NCBI RefSeq assembly: GCF_006345805.1
Contig: NC_043003.1
Coordinates: forward strand, 65,720,001-65,784,000
Length of the DNA: 64,000 bases
Source: Octopus sinensis
Lineage: Eukaryota
Direction of reading: 5' to 3'
Shown here: in pieces, positions 12,095-22,770 of the stretch
Position numbering within the stretch: position 1 is the first letter of the stretch
Layout: every line of letters begins with the position of its first letter
Position numbers and translations under genes: made by a program
Notes under the pieces: generated by a model
What the model was told of the DNA's origin: nothing
Database searches by the model: none
The model's input: the letters and a program-made list of their open reading frames with translations, nothing else

Positions 12095-12422
12095 TTCTTT
12101 TGCCCTTTTACTTGTTCCCGTCATTTGACTGTGGTCATGCTAGAGCACCGCATTTAGTCGACCAAATCGATCCCACGACTTATTCTTTATAAGCCTACTA
12201 CTTATTCTATCGGTCTCTTTTGCCGAACCGCTATGTTACGGGGACGTAAACACATCAACATCGGTTTTCAAGCAATGTTGGAGTGGACAAACACAGACAC
12301 AAACACGTACACACACATACTTATATACATATATACGACGGGCTTCTTTCAGTTTCCGTCTACCAAATCCGAAACTTTGTTTTGGGAATCAAGCTTCTTA
12401 CCACACAGCGACGACTGCGCCT
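12095..12422 (-). mobile_element. SINE family A with internal deletion
   Basis: tttacttgtt...catgctagagcaccgc...cgacgggcttctttcagtttccgtctaccaaatcc...accacacagc. Confidence 0.88.
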
Positions 12423-12465
12423 AAACATACATACATACCTACACACACATATATATATATATATA

Positions 12466-12504
<39 letters not shown>

Positions 12505-12589
12505 CACACATATATTTTTTTGTTTTTTCATCTCGCCTCACACACACACATACACACACGCACATGCACACACTCACACATACACACAC

Positions 12590-12895
12590 ATCTGTTGGGT
12601 TACCAACCTTGTCTCCACTCCTTTGCCTTTAAAAACCCACTTTGCTCTTGTTATCGTCAACATCCGCCTTTCACCATGTGCAACTCGTAAACACCAGTCG
12701 TCTTTTTTCTCTTTCCCTGTTGCCCGCTCTGGGATCTTTCTTTCCTCTCTCTTCCTTCTTTATGTTTCCGACGAAGAGCTCCGCTCGAAACGTCATACCT
12801 CCCTGCTTCCATCTCCTGAGCGCCTATTAATAATAATACTGTAATTGTTCCTGTTGTTGTTGTTTTTTTGTTTCCCTTTTTGGATTAAAATTATA
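12590..12895 (+). mobile_element. Penelope-like non-autonomous repeat (pLTR-like) with hammerhead-like motif
   Basis: Shares tctgg(g)atctttc...tttccgacga...gctcgaaacgt...cctgagcg...ttggat(t/c)aa with 42690-42898; both flanked by dinucleotide microsatellites. Confidence 0.65.
12768..12794 (+). ncRNA. Minimal type I hammerhead-like core, CCGACGA variant
   Basis: CCGACGA-A-GAGC-ucc-GCUC-GAAAC-GUC; stem II perfect, stem I weak in this copy, U4 replaced by C. Confidence 0.5.
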
Positions 12896-12960
12896 TATAC
12901 ATACATATACATTAACATGCATGCACGTACACACACACACTGACACACACATATATGAAT

Positions 12961-13135
12961 AGTAGAGCCAATCACCACATCTATGTGGTTGTTGAATATT
13001 GCTACTAGTTTAACCACAGGCAGATCCCCCGCCAGTTGGCTATCGGTGCAACGCTCTGAAACATTTATATACAGTATATACGCTGGCAGGGAAAGCAAAC
13101 TCCTACCACCCTCTAGCAGATATCAGGATCGCTTG
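12961..13135 (-). mobile_element. Inverted internal fragment of the MITE family at 13241-13511
   Basis: tactagtttaaccacaggcagatc...ccaccctctagcagatatcagg is the reverse complement of cctgatacctggtagagggtgg...gatctgcctagggttaaactagta. Confidence 0.8.
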
Positions 13136-13240
13136 GCTGACTCAATTTTGAGCTATTTGGCTGATCCTCAGTCGAGAGCGCCTGTATGTCAGAGCGATAG
13201 CCAGAGTTCGATAACGCTAACAAAATATTGTAAACAAATA

Positions 13241-13511
13241 GCTAGTTTTAAAATCTCACGAAGAGACCCGAGTAGTAACTATACTAAATAGTAAAGCCTG
13301 ATACCTGGTAGAGGGTGGTTGGGGTTCGCCTCCGCACCGCTAACAATATATTGTATATAAAGAGTGCATAGTGGCACCGATAACCGGCTTGCAGAAGATC
13401 TGCCTAGGGTTAAACTAGTAGGAACATTCAACAGCCACCTTGACGCGGCGACTGGCTTTACTCTTTTGTGCAGTTACTATTCTGGTCGCTTCGTGAGATT
13501 TTACAACTAGC
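13241..13511. mobile_element. MITE with ~56-bp imperfect TIRs, TA-flanked
   Basis: Left gctagttttaaaatctcacgaagagacccgagtagtaact...gtaaagcc; right ggctttac...agttactattctggtcgcttcgtgagattttacaactagc; TA on both sides. Confidence 0.8.
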
Positions 13512-13550
13512 TATATATATATATATATATATACATATATATACGATAAG

Positions 13551-14006
13551 TTGGAGTAAAGATTATTTGCCAACATACCATGGCAGTCTTGGTTTAGGAC
13601 GAAAGTTGCTATAATTTAGCCCCAGGAGACATCGTCTCCAGGTGGTTATACAACATGATCTCTGTCCTTATATTTTCGAACCAGAGAATCTAGCACCCCC
13701 ACTCAGCTCACAACTATATCCGTGTGTATTGCGATTTTCGAGTTATTTCCCTTCATCACCTCAGAATAATTGTTCGTCTGATGAAGGAAAATAACAGTTA
13801 TTCTGTGCTGATGAAAGGAAATAACCCGGGAATCGTGATACACGGATTTTGTTTTGAACTGAGTGAGGGTGCTAGATTCCCTTGCTCGAAAATATAAGGA
13901 CACATATCGTGTCGTATAGCCAGCTGGAGACTATGTCTCCCGGGCTAAATTACAGCAACATTCGTCCTAAACCAGGAGTTAAGTTGGCAAATAATTTTTA
14001 CTCCAA
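13551..14006. mobile_element. 456-bp imperfect fold-back, two ~210-bp inverted arms
   Basis: ttggagtaaagattatttgccaac...ggtttaggacgaa...ggagacat (left) vs atgtctcc...ttcgtcctaaacc...gttggcaaataatttttactccaa (right); colinear throughout. Confidence 0.92.
13803..13844 (+). ncRNA. Type I hammerhead-like motif in the right arm of the fold-back
   Basis: CUGUG-CUGAUGA-AAGG-aaauaa-CCC-GGAA-UC-gu-GA-UA-CACGG: 5-bp stem I, short stems II and III; A13 is G in this copy, but the left arm reads GAAA. Confidence 0.6.
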
Positions 14007-16179
14007 AACACTATTGCTGAATATCTCTCCTTATGAAATTTACAAATAATAATTTTCTAATAAGACATGTTCATCACTTATTCCGTCCACCGAATTTTCT
14101 CACAAGAAATGTGTTGGCCGGTGCTATAAATTATACCCTAACAATTTTACAAAACGTGAACATAGTGAATAATCTGATCTTATTGAATAATGTAGTCTTA
14201 GATTCAATGTGTCTCGAAATAAGAGTGGGTGTTAGTGGTTGAAATGCGTTTGATCGTAGGCCTGTTTGATTACGACTGACCCGTTGCTAAACAGCAACAG
14301 CAAACGAAATATCTTCTTCAAATCATCCACCATTTATTTCTCTCCATCACAACATAGAACAATCGATATTTCCTCCAACTTGTTTCTAGATTAACGTATT
14401 TTCCCTCAAGCAATTATGAATATACGTTAGAATTATTATTAACAACAGAAATTTATTCGCTTCCTTCAGGTTAAATGTGCATCTTCTGAGACAGATTGGT
14501 TCATAAAACGTGCAATATTAGAGAAACAATTATAATCATAGACGTAAGAGATGATTATTATAAATTATTACCACGTAATCTTGCATAAATCAACTTGTAA
14601 ACAAGAACCTCAAGAGGAAATCAAATGCTATAATGACCAATGTCTCCAGTTGATGATAGAAACAAACTTAATATTTTTAGTACTTCTATAATTATAACTT
14701 TATATTGTTTTCACCTTTCATAAGCAATTTAAGGTAAAATACAACCTAATCAGTTTATCGTAATATGTCAGCCATTATTATTATAATTTTACATAATTTC
14801 AAGTTTAAGACTTGTCGCTTCATTCTTAAATCAAATGTCACAAGCATTTAGTGCAATTAATCAATCATTTTTATTCTACAGTTAATGAAATTATTTCGGT
14901 GGTATTTAACGACAACATATTTTTTGTATTATTTCCTGTTAGTGTTCAATGTCGGAAACCATATTTGTTAAATGCCTTCAAGAACTTTTCATATTGTATT
15001 CATGCATTGAACTCTATCAATGCTCTGTAATAACCGACATTTAAAATTTTAAAAAAAAGAGAAAGAAAACAACACAGAATATTATTCACAATAATATTTT
15101 TAAACGTTCGAAATTAAAATAAATTTGATAAAATGCTGAAAATCACGCTAATCTCAAAATAACATAAAGACTGCTTACAAATATTTTCTCCTATTTATTT
15201 ATTCATCTGTATATAAATATGACTGTTCGATCATCCATGTGTTATATCAATATTGGTTTAAGCTGTGTCGTGTGATAAACTGTTAATTGCTACCTAGTTT
15301 AGTTTTGCAGTTAAAACACATTTTTGTCCATTTACGAAACTAAAGCAACAAGGAAAGACAAGTGTTATACTCACTATACAAACTTTTCCTTCTAAGAATA
15401 TAGAAAACTTAATGGTGAGAAACCAAGCCTTTTCTTTTATGTGAATAAGTGTGTCTAATGTTAAAAGTGGTACAGAACGTGAATCGATTTCCAAAACAAA
15501 GGAGCTCCACAATGAACCCTCATCATAGATTAACGTCTAAATTAAAATACTTACGCCAAAATTGATTTAGTGAACGGATGAACACAACACAACTTATTTC
15601 TACAAGTCTATTTTGATTTTGTTTTATTATTATTTAACAGAAGCAACAGATTAAGAGTATCGTGCGTTAGCACTTATGAAATGCACAGACTATCGACTCG
15701 GCCCTTGATTCAATTTGTTGCTTTTACAAAATATTAATAAAAAATATGTACATACTCATGTTTTGAGTTCTATTTTTCCTGTTTGCATAGCCAAACTTGT
15801 ACATTTTTATTTGACAATCCATCAAAATATATAACTGATCAGTGAGTCAGTCGCATACGTACTTTCTATAATGTAAGCAAGTTTTTCCGTTTTCTCTGAT
15901 TTACGCTTATACGATTTATTTTACTGACGTCACTGCAAAATTCATTGTACATTTTAAACCACAAAAATACAAACATATCTATAATAAATAAGTAAACAAT
16001 ATATTTCCTTAGAATCATCTGAGAATACAGAATGTCTATAAAGTTGTTTACCTTGTCAAAGAAGAAGATAATTTACAAGGAATTTTTTTCTTTTTACTTG
16101 ACTGAGATGATGATGGAGCAGCTTCTTGAAGGATACAGTCAAACAAATCAGCCTTAGTGCTTCTGTTTAAGTGCAGTGT

Positions 16180-16497
16180 TTATTCTATTGGTCTCTTTGG
16201 CTGAGTGACTACGTTACGTGAGCCAACACTTGTGAAGTGCCGGTGGAAAACAAACACAATACAGAACACACATACGCAGATGCGCGACACACTCACACAT
16301 ATGTAGATAGACATACACGTATATAATGTAAACACACACACATATGACTCCCATATACTTTTCGTCCACAAAATTCACCCACAGCATATTAGTCGGCCCT
16401 TGGATATGGTAAATGACACTTATCCAAGCTGTTGTGCAATGGGACCGCACCTCATACCACAAGGCTGCAAAAGCGAGCGTATTAACCACATAGGCAC
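16180..16497 (-). mobile_element. Degenerate SINE family A
   Basis: ttattctattggtctctttggctga..., and head cgtattaaccaca / gggaccgcacctc. Confidence 0.65.
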
Positions 16498-17274
16498 ATT
16501 CTTAGTTGGGGAAAGCAGTGGATATAACACTTTGTTAAGTGCCGCAGATGTTGAACGTTTCATTAAGCTGTCGACTTCTCCCATATATATTCAACAGATT
16601 GCATTCAATTAAGTGCACCTAAATCCTGATATTTGTATTGAAGCTGGCTACGGATAGCGTGTAAAAATCAAGAACTTCAGTCTTGGATTTTAACTACTAC
16701 GGAAAAGAGTTCTAGAAAAATACGTCAACACGTCATGCAACGCTTCACCGATTCATTTCTTTGAATGGTGCTCAATTAACCTAGGAAAATTGAAAAAGGC
16801 ATAGTTGATTTCAGCAGAAGTAGATGTTTGAACACAAGATGCTGGGAAAATCCTGCAACTAATTAAGGCTTAGGAACCAAAATCTCAACTTATTCACACA
16901 TAAATGAGCAAGTCCCTTTAATATATCACCCATGGATTCAAGGCTTGTTAATAAAATCGGGTAAAGGGAGACTGTGTAACCAAATGTGCAGAGCATAAAA
17001 TGCAAAGGAAAAAGTAGGTCACACTGCATCCTTGAGATTGTAGTTAAGAATTATGTTACAGTTACAATTTACGCAGCGTTTTCAGTTACGTTAATTTTTA
17101 GTAAGTTCAGCGTTCCTATGGAGAATAAAATGAATACATATCGGCAGAAGTTTGTAGACGTCCTATTTAAATTTATCAAATCAACTAAACTTTGTGTCAA
17201 ATATATGCATATAACCTATAACTAGTATCACCACCTTTGTCTGTACATACGCATACTCACACACATACATTCAG

Positions 17275-17421
17275 CCGTCCAAGAATTTGGACCTGGAGAT
17301 CTCCATTTCCAGCGACTTTGAGGACCACCTCCCAATGGTGTCGGGCGTCAACGAAGAGCTCTCAACTACAACAAGACGACCAAAGTTTTTTTTTCCAAGG
17401 TCTGGAGTCTTCCGCCCCTAA
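17275..17421 (+). other. Candidate exon (GC-rich, open frame)
   Basis: After acceptor-like cattcag|: PSKNLDLEISISSDFEDHLPMVSGVNEELSTTTRRPKFFFPRSGVFRP*; GC content well above flanks; no family recognised. Confidence 0.25.
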
Positions 17422-17725
17422 GCCCTAGACTATCACCTAATCAACCTTAACAACAACAACGGCGCATACATTCATTTACATATTTTAACATTGATACATA
17501 TATACCATGTGAATTTGCAGCCAATATATACGTGTACACATATGTGTGTGTGTGTGTGTGTGTGGTGTGTGTGTGTGTGTGTGAATGTGTGTGTCTGTGT
17601 GTGCTTGTGTGGAAAAAGATATATAATACGATAAATAGATAGATAGATAGATAGATAGATAGGAAGAAAGAAGTACGTACACGCACATATACACATATGT
17701 AAATGCATGTATGCATGGAATTATG

Positions 17726-17767
17726 TACATTATTTACATTATTTACATTTGACGGATATTTGTCCTC
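17726..17767 (-). mobile_element. Inverted copy of the 3' terminus of the adjacent hammerhead SINE
   Basis: 17735-17767 is the reverse complement of 18634-18666 with 2 mismatches in 33 nt. Confidence 0.9.
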
Positions 17768-17882
17768 GCGAGAATATAGCGTAGTGGTTAAGAGCGCGAT
17801 CTATTAACCCCAAGATTCCGAGTTCGATTCCAGGCAGTGACCCGAATAGATGATGATAATAATAATAATAATAATAATAATA

Positions 17883-17935
<53 letters not shown>

Positions 17936-18490
17936 TTGGAAGCTATCCCAACATTATGGAATAACAACAGAAAAAAGATGGTATAGGCACACACCAGAAA
18001 AGGTCACAGAAAACGAGAAAGCAACCATACTCTGTGATATGCCGATACACACAGATAGAGAAATTAAGGCCAACAGACCAGATATAGTTGTCAGAGATCA
18101 TGAAGAAAAAAAATGCTTTCTAATTGATGTATCAATACCGGCAGATGACAACGTGTCTCTAAAAGAAATGGAGAAACTCTCAAAATACAAAGACCTGGAA
18201 ATAGAGGTAACTAGAATGTGGAATCTGAAAACAGAAACAATTCCTATCATAGTAGGTGCATTAGGCATGATAAAAAATATTCAGACAAATACATAACAAA
18301 AACACCAGGACTTACAAACACATATAACATACAGAAAATTGCACTACTAGGCACTGCACACATCCTACGCAGAACACTTTCCATACAATAACCATCAGAG
18401 CATCACAACAAATCACAGCACATACCCAAGGCACACAGAGCTGCGCTCGGTAGTGAAGTGAAAGCACGCTATAAAAATAAAACTACTGAA
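17936..18490 (+). mobile_element. 5'-truncated R4/Dong-clade retrotransposon (RLE domain plus 3' UTR)
   Basis: WKLSQHYGITTEKRWYRHTPEKVTENEKATILCDMPIHTDREIKANRPDIVVRDHEEKKCFLIDVSIPADDNVSLKEMEKLSKYKDLEIEVTRMWNLKTETIPIIVGALGMIK [-1 shift] ...IALLGTAHILRRTLSIQ*; PD-(D/E)xK nuclease motif; flanked by (AAT)n on both sides. Confidence 0.95.
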
Positions 18491-18572
18491 TAGTAATAAT
18501 AATAATAATAATAATAACAACAACATCGAAAAATACCTTAGGAATGAGAACCCAGATTCGAAATTTCCCCAA

Positions 18573-18618
18573 GACACCTGATGAAGGCTGGAAATTATAT
18601 CAGCCAAAACGTTGTGTT
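18573..18618 (+). ncRNA. Minimal type I hammerhead motif (G12 mutated in this copy)
   Basis: GACAC-CUGAUGA-A-GGCUG-gaaauuauau-CAGCC-AAAAC-GUU-GUGUU: stem I 5 bp, stem II 5 bp, palindromic ACGU helix III; AAAAC instead of GAAAC. Confidence 0.72.
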
Positions 18619-19073
18619 AACAACAAACAAGATGAAGATAAATATCCGTCAAATGTAAATAATGTAAAAGACATGGATTAATGAAATGTTATTGATTGTA
18701 CCGATACAACATATTAATCATAGATATTGAATAGGATGTAACGAAAATAAAAGCAATTGTTTTTCCACCAAATTATGTATAACTTGTTCGAAATATAATG
18801 CTACATAGCATATCTAATATCTTGTTTTATGATTTGTTTCCATCTCATATACAAAAATAACAGTTACTCTTTTCGATCTGCTTCCAGTTTACTTCGAGAT
18901 ACACGAATATATTGCTTACATTATTTGTGAAATAGTCATCCCACCATATATTGACTCGTATTTGAGAAAATATATTAATAAAAGATTACAATTTAGAATA
19001 GAATCTAAGATGAAATGAAATAAATATCTAATTGGTATATTTTGCATATTATTTTTATTGGTATGCTGACGAT

Positions 19074-19354
19074 GTGAAGGCGCATGGCTCAGTGGTTAGA
19101 GCGTCGATCTTGCGATCGTGAGGTTGTGAGTTCGAATCCCGGACGTGGCTGCGTGTTGTTTTCTTGAGCAAGACACTTTATTTCACGTTGCTCCAGTTCA
19201 CTCAGCTGTAGAAATGAGTTGCGACGTCACAGGTGCCAAGCAGTATGTGCTGTTGCTTTTCCCTTGGATAGTAACTTTCCTTGGGAGGGTAACTTTCTAG
19301 CTGCAATCCCACGGTCAGTCATGACCGAAGGGGGTCTCAATATATATATATATA
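19074..19354 (+). mobile_element. tRNA-derived SINE, family C, with 12-bp TSD
   Basis: A-box tggctcagtgg, B-box gagttcgaatcc, central gagcaagacacttt...cactcagctg; TSD tatgctgacgat at 19062-19073 and 19355-19366. Confidence 0.93.
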
Positions 19355-19994
19355 TATGCTGACGATTTAAAAAAAAGGATGAAATGGTGCTATACATGAT
19401 TACTTATGACTAGAAATTTTAAGATATCTGCAATGAGCAAGAGTAAAATATATAAGATATATATATACTGTTCGACTTACTTTTCCATTGAAATTTCAAA
19501 TTTCTAAGCGTGCCATTATTGATATAGAAGAGATTATCTCCCTTACAATAACTAGCCTCCGGAGCACACCATATATTTATATTGTTATTCGTCCATCATT
19601 AATATTCGTGCATGTAAATTGCATGAAACAGAAATGTTAATTTAAAAGTAGCATAAAATTTGAATTTGAAACAAGTTGTTCTCACTTCATTTATGTAAAT
19701 CTGAAGCCATTAGATTTGCATAATTTAACTATTTATTAGTCAGTAGTAGAGACTCCATGTATCACGGGCTTCCTTAGAAGCTACAATTTGTATTACACAT
19801 TCAGTAGGTTTTTACATGTCATTGTGTTTTTCTTACATTTTGGGTTATTTTTTCATATTCAAGCATTAATTGGTTATAAAGCTGCAAGGATATTTATTAC
19901 TGAAATAACATTGGAGAAATAACATGACAAAGAATATGCAGAAAAATATACAAGATTTCAAATCTAACAAATACGTAAAGCAATATTGTTTTCA

Positions 19995-20185
19995 ATTTTC
20001 TGTACAAGGCCGGCAATTCCTGGAAAAGGGCTAAGTCGATTACATCGGCCTCGGTGCTTAACTGGTACTTATTTTATCGCTAGCGCACGACGAACGGCAA
20101 AATCAACCTTAGCGGGATTTGAAATTGGACAAAATGTTGCTGAGTGTTTTGTTCGGCGCGGTAGCGATTCTGTTAGCTCACCGGT
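19995..20185 (-). mobile_element. Degenerate SINE family B
   Basis: aagtcgattacatcg...actggtacttattttatcg...ggcaaaatcaacc...gatttgaa. Confidence 0.75.
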
Positions 20186-21200
20186 AATATTGAAACGTAA
20201 AAACATACGTCGATTTGGAATGTAAACCACATCTTATCCCCAGGCATAACTTGAAGTGTTTGACATAACGGGTAAAGTGTAGACGCCCCATTTGGACACG
20301 AATAACCATGTAATTGCACCTAGAAAGTTGTTACATGTTTGTCACTGAATTATGTTTAATGAGAAAAAAAAGTAACCAAGTGGAAGGATTCATGGATGCA
20401 GGTGAAGATAAGGTTATACATAGACACGAAACAGTCAAAAGCTTCCATATATTTCAAGTATGTTGAAAATGTTAGGAAACACATGGGTGCTAGTACAGAT
20501 ACGTAATTAAGAACTTTGCTTCCGAAAGTAATGATACAACCTCAAGGCAACTGTCTTATGCAATATCCTCGGATTGATAAACACCATGTGTTAGAAATTT
20601 CATAATCGGACACTGAAGTGAATTTCTGCGTCTATGTCGGCGAAATCATCTTCGATGATCGAAGTACATTATGCTGGTGTCTACAAAGTAAAAAAAAATT
20701 ATTATATATATATATAAATTCAGAAAGCTATGGTACTTAAGTTGAGGTACCTTTACCAAATCTCATGATATTGCTTCTAATAAATTTAGACTTTTATGAC
20801 TATACCAAATATGATGTCTGTCTGCTCCCTGAGCCCTACTCCTGACAGATACTGCCCTCTGTTCTCTCAGACTTAGATATACAAGGGATTTCAAAGACTC
20901 TAGTCTATAAATTAAAAATGAGTGACAGGCAGATCTGTAACAATGTAAATCTTCTTGAAAACTTAGTAACTTCTATGCTGAAGTGAGACAGTATTTTCTT
21001 TGTCTATCTCACTTCTAGAAGATTTTAGGCATAATTATACTACTGTGTCCGTCTGTTCTAATATAATCAAATTCTATGTCTTTGTGCAGGTAAAGATTGA
21101 TGAGCATTTTCAATTGATGTAATGATTGCATTGTTCAATTAAATGGAGTTGCATGAAACGATGGTACTGAATTACCTCTGGATATCCTTATAGCTTATTT

Positions 21201-21265
<65 letters not shown>

Positions 21266-21689
21266 CATACATATAGTTAGTTGTTTCGCACATATTCAAG
21301 TGAAGCTTCTTTGTTATATTCACCATCGAAACTCCAGTGCAGCTGTGACTGGTTCATTAGATTCTGTAAGCAAATTCTTTGAAAATTTGCATGATATCAA
21401 TTAAAACCACTGTTCATATATTGATATAATGATCATTGTTAGACGTGTTGGTGAGTGTGCACTAACATCGTTAGACGTGCTAGTGAATATTGTTTTAGTA
21501 CAGCTGAACTCGAAGAATTTTTCAGTATATATGAGGAAATGTTACTAAAATCACTTGAAAGATAAAGAGATAATGATGTAGCACGTCACACATCTGTTTT
21601 GGTGAGGAGTTTTAGCCAAGCATTTCCCTGTCATCAAATTAGCTGCTTCCCCATTTAATACAAAGTAGGTTAAAATATGGGCCTATTAT

Positions 21690-22770
21690 TAAGGAATGAA
21701 GCTAGAAGTGTGATATCTTGCATGTGTTAATTTCAACCATCCTCGTTAATAACTGAATTTTTTATTCAGGTAAACCGACTTACGTCTTTTCAAAAAATGC
21801 TAAAAAATTGACTAGTAACGACTTCTGTTAAAAAGCGACAAAATTTGGCGTTGTGTTGTTATCAACTACTTGCAGAAAATGGGTTTATCACACCCAAGGA
21901 CTTTCATACTGACATGGTTGCTACATTAGAGGGTGACGCTCAGGCTTTATGAATAAGGCAAAAGTGGGTAGCTGAATTTAGGAGGGGAAGGAAAAGTCTT
22001 GAAGTTAACCCAGGGTCTGTACGTCCTGCAACTGCCACCACCGAGAAAAAAAACATTGATCGTATTCCCTACACGGTGATCGATGACAGGTGAATGACTA
22101 TAAAACAAATAGCCAATGCTATAAACATGCCCTGTGAGAGAGTTGAGAGTATTCTGAAAAATGAATTAAGTATGACGAATGTGTCTACTCGGATTGTGCC
22201 ATAGATTTTGAAACACAATCAAAAGTACAACAGGCTGATTGCATCACGGGAAAATCTGACATTATTTGAGGTAGATCCAGCAGGTTTCTTTGAACGTTTC
22301 CTAACCCAGGATGAATGTTGGTTGGATTCATCGCTTTGAGCTAGAGAAAAAGACAATCATGTAGTGGTAACACCCCTTCTCTCTTGCTCCAAAGAACGCC
22401 AAGGTCGTTTTATCTGCAGGGAAAGTGATGGCATCAGCATTTTTGGATGTAACGGTATTGTGCTTGTTGACTATTTGAAAAGGGTGACACTATCAGTAGA
22501 GAACACTATGCCAACCTTCTGAGGAAGTCACGAAAGGCAATCGGGACCATCAGCCCGGGAAGCTGTATCCAAGTGATGATGACGTCATAGCTGCTGTTCA
22601 TGACTTTTTTGACCAACAGCTTAAAAGCGTCGTTACCAATGGGATCCAAGCACTGCAACACCGATGGAAGAAGTGGACTGTAATAGGTGCAATGTTGGTA
22701 AATAAACCCCATTTGGTCACATTCCATGAGAGTAATTGGTCAGCTAATGCACTTCTCAATCGACCCCTGT
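21690..22770 (+). mobile_element. Mariner transposon remnant, internally deleted pseudo-transposase
   Basis: DKIWRCVVINYLQK...KWVAEFRRGRKSLE..PGS.RP...MTIKQIANAI...RIVP...FFERFLTQDECW...AGKVMAS...YANLL, deletion, then DDDVIAAVHDFF...GIQALQHRWKK; last catalytic region missing. Confidence 0.92.

Larger units (their letters stand above)
17768..18666 (+). mobile_element. tRNA-headed SINE with (AAT)n spacer and hammerhead-containing tail, interrupted by a Dong-like insertion
   Basis: A-box tagcgtagtgg (17778), B-box agttcgattcc (17821), (AAT)n, then after the insert aacatcgaaaaataccttagg...ctgatgaaggctg...cagcc...aaatgtaaataatgta. Confidence 0.85.

Noticed and set aside
17772-17845. tRNA gene (also 19080-19150, 59385-59447, 63458-63518)
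   Set aside because: A and B boxes are present, but I could not form a complete acceptor stem, and each continues into or sits beside SINE body sequence; these are SINE heads.
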